Below, in pieces: positions 50,396 to 58,677 of a stretch of DNA of 64,000 nucleotides (position 1 is the first letter of the stretch; every line of letters starts with the position of its first letter). The position numbers were made by a program, and so were the translations under genes. The stretch is taken from the NCBI GenBank assembly GCA_026414995.1, contig JAOAHY010000003.1, positions 47,615 to 111,614 on the forward strand. The letters are read 5' to 3'. The notes below the pieces were generated by a model. The model worked only from the letters and a program-made list of their open reading frames with translations. It was not told the DNA's origin and searched no databases. Source of the stretch: Caldisericia bacterium (GTDB taxonomy: Bacteria > Caldisericota > Caldisericia > B22-G15).

Positions 50396-51344
50396 ATTTA
50401 TTTTCTATAAAATCAACCATAATATTCAAAAATTCTTTCGGTTTTTCTTCATGAGGAACATGTCCACAATTTTTTATTATTTCAAGCTTACTATTTTTTA
50501 TCAACTTATTGATATTATATCCAACATCTAGTGGAATAACTTTATCAAATTCTCCCCATATAATTAATGTTGGAGCATTTATTTCACCTAACTTTTCTTC
50601 TAAATTTATTTTTTCTTGAGAGACAAAAATTTCATATAAACCTTTATCCCAATTTTTTACATTTAAAACCTTTTTATATTGATAATAAACTTCATCTGTA
50701 ATTATAGATGAATCGTAATAAGCGATATCTTTCAATCTAGAAATTTGATTTATAAAAATTATTACAAGAGGGGTCCATAAAAATTTTCCAATTGGTGTTT
50801 TTAAAAAATTTAATAAGCCTCCTCCCATAATTCCATTTAAAATAGCACCATCTTCAATTATTAATTTTTCAACATATTCTGGATATTTAATTGTAAAATA
50901 TGATGCAACTGCACCCCCCATAGAATGACCCAAAATTATAACTTTTTTTATTCCTATTTTATCTAAAAATCTTTTAACAACTTCAACTTGTCCACTTCTT
51001 GAATAAGGATTAAATGTTAAATTTTTACTAGATACTCTTTCAGTTAACCCAAAGCCAGGCAAATCAATAGCATAAACTTTATAATCTTTTGATAGTGGTG
51101 TATAAATTTCTCTAAATGAAAATGTACTTGCTGCAAATCCATGTATTAAAAGAATTGTTTTATCTCCATTTCCATATTCTTTATAGTGAAGATTAAAATT
51201 ATCAATTCTTATAAATTTTGAATCGGTATCTTTTAGTATATCTATATCCTTATATGAAAGTTTTATAGTTATATATGAATAAAGATAATAAGAAATAAAA
51301 AAAATTATTAATAAAATAAAAATTATTTTTATAACCCTTTTCAT
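50394..51344 (-). CDS. Alpha/beta-fold hydrolase with an N-terminal membrane anchor
   Basis: HGFAAS oxyanion region, nucleophile elbow GHSMGG, and a C-terminal GHVPHEE. Confidence 0.75.
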   Translation of the reverse strand: MKRVIKIIFILLIIFFISYYLYSYITIKLSYKDIDILKDTDSKFIRIDNFNLHYKEYGNGDKTILLIHGFAASTFSFREIYTPLSKDYKVYAIDLPGFGLTERVSSKNLTFNPYSRSGQVEVVKRFLDKIGIKKVIILGHSMGGAVASYFTIKYPEYVEKLIIEDGAILNGIMGGGLLNFLKTPIGKFLWTPLVIIFINQISRLKDIAYYDSSIITDEVYYQYKKVLNVKNWDKGLYEIFVSQEKINLEEKLGEINAPTLIIWGEFDKVIPLDVGYNINKLIKNSKLEIIKNCGHVPHEEKPKEFLNIMVDFIENK

Positions 51345-51814
51345 TTTTCTAATTCCTCTATAAATCTCTTTAATTTATCTTCATATAAATTTTTTGATAA
51401 TTCACTCTCTTTTAAAAATATAAAATTTTTAGATCTATAACCTATTAACTCTTCCAAATCTTTTAAAACTTTACTATTTTTTTCTCCTAAACCAGACACT
51501 GAAAAAATTGAGTAACTTTTAATTTTATCTTTATACTCCATAATAAAAGTTCTAATTGCAGGAGTAATATTTCCTGCCCATATTGGAGTTCCAATTATAA
51601 TATGGTCAAAATTTTCTAAATTATTATTTAACTTTTCTATTTGAGTTAATTTTTTTGTTAGAGCATCAAATCCAGAAATTATAAAACCGATAACTCCTTC
51701 TCTTTTCTTTTTATCAATTATTTTTTCTATTTGAAAATTTAACTTCTCTTTTAAATAATTAGCGATTCTCTCATTATTTCCTGTTTTTGAATAATAAATT
51801 ATAATGCCTCTCAT
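51341..51814 (-). CDS. Flavodoxin-like protein
   Basis: N-terminal IIYYSKTGNNERIA FMN-phosphate loop. Length 157 aa. Confidence 0.65.
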   Translation of the reverse strand: MRGIIIYYSKTGNNERIANYLKEKLNFQIEKIIDKKKREGVIGFIISGFDALTKKLTQIEKLNNNLENFDHIIIGTPIWAGNITPAIRTFIMEYKDKIKSYSIFSVSGLGEKNSKVLKDLEELIGYRSKNFIFLKESELSKNLYEDKLKRFIEELEK

Positions 51815-51883
51815 ATTTCTATCCTCCTTTAATTAATTTTAAAATATTTTTAAAATTATATAAAATTAAATAAGGAGGAGAAT

Positions 51884-52441
51884 ATGAAAAAAATTATTAA
51901 AATTAACAATTTTACATCAATTCTTCATCCATATCCAACAACTCTTATAACAACAATGGGTAATGATAAAAAACCTAACATAGTTGCAATTGCATGGATT
52001 GCACCACTTAGTATTAATCCACCAGTTTTAACTTTTGCATTAAGAAGAGAGAGATATTCTTATAAACTAATTCTTGAAAATAAAGAATTTGTTGTAAATA
52101 TTCCTAATTTTAATTTATTAGAAGAGTCTTTAATTTGTGGAACTTATAGTGGAAGAGAAAAAGATAAGTTTGAATTAACTAAATTTACCCCAGTTAAATC
52201 AGATTTTGTAAATGTGCCATCCATAGAAGAATGCATAGCAAATATTGAATGTAGAGTTTTAGATATTGTTGATAAAAAAGAGTTAGATCATGTAATTATA
52301 ATTGGTGAAGTTTTAAATGTAAAAGTTGAGGAGGAATTTTTTGATAAACATTGGGATTTAACAAAAATTAATTTGCTTTTGCATGTTGGAGGGAATTTAT
52401 TTACAACAAATAAAAATGAGATAAAGAAAATAAAAATTTAA
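51884..52441 (+). CDS. Flavin reductase-like (FMN-binding split-barrel) domain protein
   Basis: Pattern YPTTLITT ... NIVAIAWIAPLSINPPVLTFALRRERYSY ... EFVVNI is typical of the family. Confidence 0.65.
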   Translation: MKKIIKINNFTSILHPYPTTLITTMGNDKKPNIVAIAWIAPLSINPPVLTFALRRERYSYKLILENKEFVVNIPNFNLLEESLICGTYSGREKDKFELTKFTPVKSDFVNVPSIEECIANIECRVLDIVDKKELDHVIIIGEVLNVKVEEEFFDKHWDLTKINLLLHVGGNLFTTNKNEIKKIKI

Positions 52442-52444
52442 ATT

Positions 52445-52684
52445 TTAAAAAATTTCTTCATTGTATTTTTTAAGTTTATTTTTTGCATTTTCAAGTGCTT
52501 GCTTTAAAAAAATTATTTCTCCTTTTAGTGAACCTATCTCAAAGTTTAACTTTTCAATTTCTTTTAATGCAGAATAGAGTTTAAAATTTAAAGATGCATT
52601 AAGTTTTGATAACCTCATATTTTCTTGAATTAAAAATTCAACTTTTTCTTTTAATTCATCATAGGTTAAACTCTCTTTTTCCAT
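52445..52684 (-). CDS. 79-aa coiled-coil protein, function unknown
   Basis: Continuous heptad pattern. It has its own SD (AGGAGT) and ATG, and a structured leader (next feature). Confidence 0.45.
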   Translation of the reverse strand: MEKESLTYDELKEKVEFLIQENMRLSKLNASLNFKLYSALKEIEKLNFEIGSLKGEIIFLKQALENAKNKLKKYNEEIF

Positions 52685-52688
52685 ATTA

Positions 52689-52741
52689 ACTCCTTTTTGT
52701 AGGAGTCATCACTCTTAAAAGAGATTTATAAGGCAGACTCC
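52689..52741 (-). promoter_or_regulatory. 5' leader with mutually exclusive pairings that can sequester the SD of the 79-aa ORF
   Basis: On the minus strand: GGAGTC (52741-52736) ... GACTCCT (52707-52701) ... AGGAGT (52694-52689, the SD). The middle segment can pair perfectly with either flank. Confidence 0.4.
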
Positions 52742-52763
52742 ATTGCCTTAAAATTATTATTAA

Positions 52764-52791
52764 ATTTTAAATCTAAAAACCAAATTGTCAA
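52764..52791 (-). promoter_or_regulatory. Putative promoter for the 79-aa ORF leader (TTGACA-16 nt-TAAAAT)
   Basis: On the minus strand, TTGACA is at 52791-52786 and TAAAAT at 52769-52764. This predicts a leader of about 70 nt. Confidence 0.4.
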
Positions 52792-52824
52792 CTTTGAATT
52801 TATAAGGGTGATAAAATATAATTG

Positions 52825-53670
52825 ATGGAGAGAATAAGAATTGTTACAGATTCTACTGCAAATTTACCTATTGAATTTATAGAAAAGTATAAAATTTTGC
52901 AGATACCATTTTATTTTGAAATTGAAAATAATATTTATAGGGATTTAATAGATATTAATACTGAAGAAATTTTAAAACTTTTTGAGAATAAAGAAAAATT
53001 AGAATTTAAAGCATACCCGCCTAAACCTGAGGACTTTTTAAATCTATTTCAGGGTGTTGAGGAAGAAAAAATAATATGTATTACAATATCTTCAACAATT
53101 AGTGGCTGTTTTAAGAATGCTTTAATTGCAAAAGATTTAATTAAAGAAAAGGAGATAGAAATAATTGATTCTTTAAATGCAGGAAGTGGTGAAGGAATAT
53201 TAGTATATAATATTATTGATTTAATAAAAAATAATTTTTCATTTAACGAAATTATTTCAAGAGCAAAAGAAATGGTTAATAAAATCAAAACTTATGTATA
53301 CATTGATTCTCTTAAAGATGTATATAGGACAGGAAGAATACCAAAGATTTTATCTGATTTTGGTTCTCTTCTTTCTCTAAAACCTATTGTTTCAATTGAT
53401 TTTGGAAAAATAAAAAAAGTAACTCTTTCAAAGAATAGATATGATGGAATTTTAAAATTAGTTGAAATTACAACAAGAGAAATAAAAGATGATACTATAT
53501 TTTGTATGTATTTAAATTTTAAAGAAGATGAAATAAAATTTTTTGAGAATGAGATTAAGAAAAAAATTAAAAAAATAAATATTTACAATGTTCCATTCAC
53601 TCCAATTATGGGATATGCTGTTTTAACAGGTGCCTTTGGGATTTCATTTATGGGAGGTGAGAGAGAATGA
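52825..53670 (+). CDS. fakB: DegV-family fatty-acid-binding protein (FakB-like)
   Basis: IRIVTDSTANLP N-terminus and overall DegV length. There is no SD before either candidate start (TTG 52822 or ATG 52825). Confidence 0.7.
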   Translation: MERIRIVTDSTANLPIEFIEKYKILQIPFYFEIENNIYRDLIDINTEEILKLFENKEKLEFKAYPPKPEDFLNLFQGVEEEKIICITISSTISGCFKNALIAKDLIKEKEIEIIDSLNAGSGEGILVYNIIDLIKNNFSFNEIISRAKEMVNKIKTYVYIDSLKDVYRTGRIPKILSDFGSLLSLKPIVSIDFGKIKKVTLSKNRYDGILKLVEITTREIKDDTIFCMYLNFKEDEIKFFENEIKKKIKKINIYNVPFTPIMGYAVLTGAFGISFMGGERE

Positions 53671-54272
53671 GAGTTATTGATTTTATATTAATTGTTGTTT
53701 CTTATTTTATTGGATCTTTAACATCTGGAATTGTTTTATCAAAAATTTTTAAAAAAGAAGATATAAGAGAAAAAGATTATCCAGGTGGTTCTGGTGCTGT
53801 AAGACAATATGGAATTGGTTTTGGATCGCTTGTAGGTCTTCTTGATATTTTAAAAGGAGCCATTATTTCACTACTTGTAATTTTATTTAGCAAAAATGAA
53901 CTTACAATTATTTTGTCATATATTTTTTTAATTCTTGGAAATAACTATCCAATTTATTTTGGATTTAGAGGCGGACAAGGTGTAGGTGCTACGATAGGAT
54001 ATGCAGTAATTCTTTTTCCATTAGAAGCAATTATTTCATTTTTAGTTGGTTCATTTTTCGCTTTGTTATATAAATTTTTAAATTTAAATAGATTTATAAA
54101 ATTCATGGGTGCAGTACCTTTTGGGGCTATTTTTGGTTTAATTACAATGTTTGTTTTACTCATAAGAAAATATCCATTTTACCCTTTTCCTTTACTTGTT
54201 ATAATCGCAGGAGCTCTACTTCTTTTCAGAGGTCTTCAGGTAATTATTTTTCAAAAAAAGAAAATGAGATGA
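53667..54272 (+). CDS. plsY: PlsY-family acyl-phosphate:glycerol-3-phosphate acyltransferase (divergent)
   Basis: 201-aa polytopic protein with YFIGSL, GGSGA and FRGGQGVGAT (compare GSGNxGATN and FKGGKGVAT in PlsY). ATGA overlaps on both sides. Confidence 0.6.
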   Translation: MRVIDFILIVVSYFIGSLTSGIVLSKIFKKEDIREKDYPGGSGAVRQYGIGFGSLVGLLDILKGAIISLLVILFSKNELTIILSYIFLILGNNYPIYFGFRGGQGVGATIGYAVILFPLEAIISFLVGSFFALLYKFLNLNRFIKFMGAVPFGAIFGLITMFVLLIRKYPFYPFPLLVIIAGALLLFRGLQVIIFQKKKMR

Positions 54273-55804
54273 ACGATTTCTATAAAAAAATAAAAGAAGC
54301 TCTTTTTTTAACTCTTAAAAAACTTGAAGAAAAAGAAAATTATATAAATAATTTAAATGTATTCCCAATTCCAGATGGAGATACTGGAACAAATATGTGT
54401 AAAACTTTAAAAGAGACAATTGAATCAAAATATAATTTAAATGAATTAGATTTTTTTAAAATTATTAAAGAAAAAATTGTCTTAAAAGCGCATGGAAATT
54501 CTGGCATAATTTTCTCTCAATTTTTGAAAGGTTTCATAGAAGAGATATTAAAAGAAGATAAAGATAATTTCGAAAAAATAAAAAATGGATTTGAAAAAGG
54601 ATATCTATTGTCATATGAAATACTAGATAACCCAATTGAGGGAACAATAATAACAGTTATAAGAGAGTCCCTTAAAGGTTTAAAGAGAGGCACAAATATA
54701 AATGAAGGAATAAGAAATGCTTATTTTGAAGGAGTTAAAGCACTAGAAAAAACCCCTGAACTTCTTAAAGTTCTTAAAGATGCGCATGTTGTTGATGCTG
54801 GAGGAGAGGGTTTTATAAATTTTCTTGAATCTTTACTTTATATATTTAACAATGAATCTTATACAAGAAAAGAGATAAAATTTAATGAATATGACCTTTC
54901 AATATGGAGAAAAAGACCAAATTATAGATATTGTATTGAAGCATTTATCGAAAATGTTGTTGATATGCCTAATTTAAAAACTAAATTAAAAGAGTTTGGA
55001 AATTCTATTATTGTATTAAAAGAAAATAATGAGCTCAAAATTCATATACACACTAATAAGGTTGACGAAATTAACAAATTTTTAAACAATTTAGGAAAAA
55101 TCAAAGAAATTATTTCAAGAGATATGAGAAAGCAACAACTAAGGTTTTTACATGATATAGATATTGGTATAATTGCTTTTTCTATAAGTGATAAGATTAG
55201 TGATCTTTTTTATTCTCTTGGAGCAACAATTGTGATTGATATAAATGATAAACCATCATTAGAAGAAATTCTCGAAACAATAAATGATATACCTTCTCAA
55301 AAAATTATAATTCTTCCTAACGATAAAGATTTAATACTAACAATTAAAAAAGCAAAAGATAAAACTTTAAAAAATTTAGAATATATTGAGACAAACTTTG
55401 TGACAGAAGGAGTTGAAGCATTATTAAACTTTGATGGTTCTTTAAATTTTGAAGATAACATAATTAATATGAAAAAATCGATTAAAAATATTAAATCTGG
55501 TTATATTGCAAGAGCAGATAAAAGTATAAAATATAAAGATTTAAATATTAAAGAGGGAGATTTTTTTATTACTTTCAATAATGAAATAATTCTTAGTGAT
55601 AAAGACCCTGTTTTGCTTTTTATGTCTTTATTAGAAATTGTTAATATAAATAAAGAAGAAATCATTTTATTTTTTGGTAATGATTTAGATTTTAACTCAC
55701 AACAGGAGCTAAGATTCAAAATTTTAAATAAATATAATTCAATTAATTTAATAACTTACGATGGAGGACAAAAAATTTATAGTTTAATTTATAGTATGAA
55801 ATAA
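54269..55804 (+). CDS. fakA: DAK2/DhaL-domain protein of the YloV/FakA (fatty acid kinase) family
   Basis: FPIPDGDTGTNM, VVDAGGEGF. Length 511 aa. Confidence 0.7.
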   Translation: MNDFYKKIKEALFLTLKKLEEKENYINNLNVFPIPDGDTGTNMCKTLKETIESKYNLNELDFFKIIKEKIVLKAHGNSGIIFSQFLKGFIEEILKEDKDNFEKIKNGFEKGYLLSYEILDNPIEGTIITVIRESLKGLKRGTNINEGIRNAYFEGVKALEKTPELLKVLKDAHVVDAGGEGFINFLESLLYIFNNESYTRKEIKFNEYDLSIWRKRPNYRYCIEAFIENVVDMPNLKTKLKEFGNSIIVLKENNELKIHIHTNKVDEINKFLNNLGKIKEIISRDMRKQQLRFLHDIDIGIIAFSISDKISDLFYSLGATIVIDINDKPSLEEILETINDIPSQKIIILPNDKDLILTIKKAKDKTLKNLEYIETNFVTEGVEALLNFDGSLNFEDNIINMKKSIKNIKSGYIARADKSIKYKDLNIKEGDFFITFNNEIILSDKDPVLLFMSLLEIVNINKEEIILFFGNDLDFNSQQELRFKILNKYNSINLITYDGGQKIYSLIYSMK

Positions 55805-55811
55805 AAAACTT

Positions 55812-55985
55812 TTATTCTTTTTTCATTTCTTTTTTGTAATTCGGATCCAAATACTTTTCCGGATTTTCTTTAAATTTTTCATAACAAAATTTACTACAAA
55901 AATAATATTTTTTCCCTTTATATTCAAAATTTAAACTACCTTCTTCTTTAACAACCATTCCACATACAGGATCAATATGTTTCAT
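55812..55985 (-). CDS. 57-aa YHS/TRASH-domain metal-binding protein (not in the supplied ORF track)
   Basis: Hand translation: MKHIDPVCGMVVKEEGSLNFEYKGKKYYFCSKFCYEKFKENPEKYLDPNYKKEMKKE. The cysteine pattern is CGM...YYFCSxxC. SD AAAGGAGG. It starts 15 nt after the copA stop. Confidence 0.75.
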   Translation of the reverse strand: MKHIDPVCGMVVKEEGSLNFEYKGKKYYFCSKFCYEKFKENPEKYLDPNYKKEMKKE

Positions 55986-56000
55986 AATAAAACCTCCTTT

Positions 56001-58202
56001 TTAAATTTTTATTTTATTCAATCTCAATGAATTAGTTATTACATTTATAGAACTTAAAGCCATTGCAATTTCTGCAATGACTGGATGAAGAAGACCTAAA
56101 AAAGCAATTGGAATTGCAATAACATTGTAAAAAAAAGCCCAAAATAAATTTTCTTTAATTTTTTTAAAAGTTATCTTTGAAATTTTAATTGCTTTAATAA
56201 CATTAGAAAGTGAACCTTTTAATAAAACAATGTCTCCAGTTTCTATAGCAGTATCACTTCCAGTTCCCATAGCTATGCCTACATCAGCCTGTTTAAGAGC
56301 AGGTGCATCATTTATCCCATCTCCAACCATTGCAACAACTCTTCCTTCTTTTTGTAATCTTTTAACAATTTCAACTTTATCTTTTGGGAGAACCTCAGCG
56401 TAGAATTTCTCTAGTTTAAGTTCTTCTTTTACCCATTTAGCATAATTTATATTGTCTCCTGTTGCAAGAATTGGCTCAATATTCATTTTCTTGAGAAGAT
56501 CAATAAGTTCTTTAGAATCTTCTCTTAACTTATCTCTAAGTGCGATTACTGTTAATATGTTTTCATAATCACTTAAGATTATCACTGTTTTACCTTCTTT
56601 TTCGAGTTTTTCAATTAAATCATTAAAATTAATTTTATTTTTTATAAGTTCTATTATCTCTTTTGGTTTTCCTAAAATATAATCTATGCCTTGAATTTTA
56701 CCTTTAACTCCTATTCCTGGTATTTCTTCAAAATTTTCAACATTATAAAAGCTTGTTTCACTTTCAAAATACTTTTTAACTATGCTTTTTCCAAGAGTAT
56801 GGCTTGAATTATTTTCAAGTGATGCAGCGATTTTAAATCCTTCTTTTTTTGATGTAAAATCAAATATATCTGTTACTTCAGGTTCTCCATAAGTTAATGT
56901 TCCAGTTTTATCAAAAATTATTGTATTTATATCTTTCATTCTCTGAATTGCCTCACCATTTCTTATAAAAATTCCTTTTTTTGCACTTATTCCACTACTA
57001 ACCATAATTGCTGTTGGAGTTGCCAATCCAAGAGCACAGGGACAAGCAATTACAAGTGTTGCTATCATTGAATATATTGAAAGTGAAATTCTATCTAATC
57101 CTAAATTTATCCAAGGTATAATTTTAGATGCATATTCAAGTATGTTTTTAGATTTCTCATAAAAGAAAAATGAAAAAAGAAATGAGAGAATTGAAATAAT
57201 TAAAATAGAAGGTACAAAATAAGTTGTTATTTTATCTGCAATTTGTTGAACTGGTACCTTTGATTTTTGTGCCTCTTCTATAAGTTTTATAAGATTTGAA
57301 AGAAAATTTTCATCTACTCTTTTTGTAACTTTTACAAGAATTTTACCACTTCCATTTAATGTACCACCAATCACTTCATCACCCTCTTTTTTAAATACAT
57401 CTAGGGATTCACCAGTTATCATTGATTCATTGACAGTAGTTTTACCTTCTATTATGATTCCGTCTGTTGGTATTTTTTCAAATGGTTTAACAACCATAAT
57501 ATCTCCTGGATCTATTTCATTAATATTTACTTCCACCTCAACTTCATCAACAATAATTCTTCCTTTTTTAGCGCCAATCTCTAATAGAGTTTTAATTTCT
57601 CTTGATGCTTTTCCTTTGGCAAGTGCTTCAAGATATTTTCCTAAAAGAAAGAAAAAAATTATCATTGCTCCAACAAAAGAGAAGTTTGAAATTTTAATTC
57701 CTAATAATTCGACTATTCCTGTAGAAAAACTAGCGAGAGTTCCAATTGATATAAGTAAATCCATACTAATATTTTTATTTAATAAAGATAAAAAAGAATT
57801 TTTATGTATTTTAAAACCAATTATAAGAATTACTGGAATTGAGAGAAATGTTTCAATAATAGAAATATTAGGTATCATTACTAAATTAAACATATGAAAA
57901 ATCATTATTATTGTGATTGGAATTAAAAATATTATTGAATAAATTAATAGTTTTTTTATCTTTTTTAGTTCAGTTTCATCTTCTTCTAAATTTAGTTTTA
58001 GTGAGTAACCAACCTTTTTAACTTTTTCTTGAATTTCATTTAAAGTTATAACTTCAGGGTCATAAAAAAAAGTTGCTGTATTTGAAACTAAATTTACTTC
58101 AACATCAGAAACTCCATCTGCACTTTCAATTGCTTTTTTAACTATATTTACACAGGATGCACAATGCATCCCTTCAACTTCAATATTAACCTTCTTTTTC
58201 AT
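56001..58202 (-). CDS. copA: Copper-translocating P1B-type ATPase
   Basis: N-terminal HMA GMHCASCV, TM CPC motif, DKTGTLT, GDGINDAP. Confidence 0.92.
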   Translation of the reverse strand: MKKKVNIEVEGMHCASCVNIVKKAIESADGVSDVEVNLVSNTATFFYDPEVITLNEIQEKVKKVGYSLKLNLEEDETELKKIKKLLIYSIIFLIPITIIMIFHMFNLVMIPNISIIETFLSIPVILIIGFKIHKNSFLSLLNKNISMDLLISIGTLASFSTGIVELLGIKISNFSFVGAMIIFFFLLGKYLEALAKGKASREIKTLLEIGAKKGRIIVDEVEVEVNINEIDPGDIMVVKPFEKIPTDGIIIEGKTTVNESMITGESLDVFKKEGDEVIGGTLNGSGKILVKVTKRVDENFLSNLIKLIEEAQKSKVPVQQIADKITTYFVPSILIISILSFLFSFFFYEKSKNILEYASKIIPWINLGLDRISLSIYSMIATLVIACPCALGLATPTAIMVSSGISAKKGIFIRNGEAIQRMKDINTIIFDKTGTLTYGEPEVTDIFDFTSKKEGFKIAASLENNSSHTLGKSIVKKYFESETSFYNVENFEEIPGIGVKGKIQGIDYILGKPKEIIELIKNKINFNDLIEKLEKEGKTVIILSDYENILTVIALRDKLREDSKELIDLLKKMNIEPILATGDNINYAKWVKEELKLEKFYAEVLPKDKVEIVKRLQKEGRVVAMVGDGINDAPALKQADVGIAMGTGSDTAIETGDIVLLKGSLSNVIKAIKISKITFKKIKENLFWAFFYNVIAIPIAFLGLLHPVIAEIAMALSSINVITNSLRLNKIKI

Positions 58203-58205
58203 ATA

Positions 58206-58532
58206 TTAAACTTCTTTTCCTTTTGTTAAATATTCAAGAACCATTTTAAGTTCTTCTAATTTTTTATCAAACATTTCAGTTTCTTTTGATTCTTTTACAC
58301 ATGTCTCAATATGTTTTTTTAAGATTTCTAGATTAATTTTTTTTAAAATTGAAATCACAGCAAGTATTTGTTTTGAAATATCTATACAATATTTGTCTTC
58401 GAGAATCATCTTTTCTATACCTTGAATGTGTCCTTTAGCAATATTAATAAGTTTCAATACATCTTCATGTTTATGATGTAATAGACCTCTATTTTTAAAT
58501 CTTTTTTCTTCTTTTTTTATATCTCTTTTCAA
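58206..58532 (-). CDS. csoR: CsoR-family copper-sensing transcriptional repressor
   Basis: DUF156 pattern with the Cys ... His-x3-Cys ligand set (KYCIDISKQ ... HIETC). Confidence 0.85.
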   Translation of the reverse strand: MKRDIKKEEKRFKNRGLLHHKHEDVLKLINIAKGHIQGIEKMILEDKYCIDISKQILAVISILKKINLEILKKHIETCVKESKETEMFDKKLEELKMVLEYLTKGKEV

Positions 58533-58579
58533 TATAGTCTCCTTTCAATAAAACTTCAAAAATAAATTATTTAACCCAT

Positions 58580-58629
58580 CCCTATAGGATAGGGTATATA
58601 AATTATATTAAATTTAATTTATTTGTCAA
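58580..58629 (-). promoter_or_regulatory. csoR-copA promoter (TTGACA-16 nt-TATAAT) with a CsoR-type operator just downstream
   Basis: On the minus strand, TTGACA is at 58629-58624 and TATAAT at 58607-58602. The inverted repeat CCCTAT-N3-ATAGGG is at 58580-58594 (context ATACCCTATCCTATAGGGAT), resembling the TACCC..GGGTA operators known for CsoR. Confidence 0.6.
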
Positions 58630-58677
58630 GTAAAAAACATATTTTTTTATTTCTCAAATTTCTAAAATAATATATTA

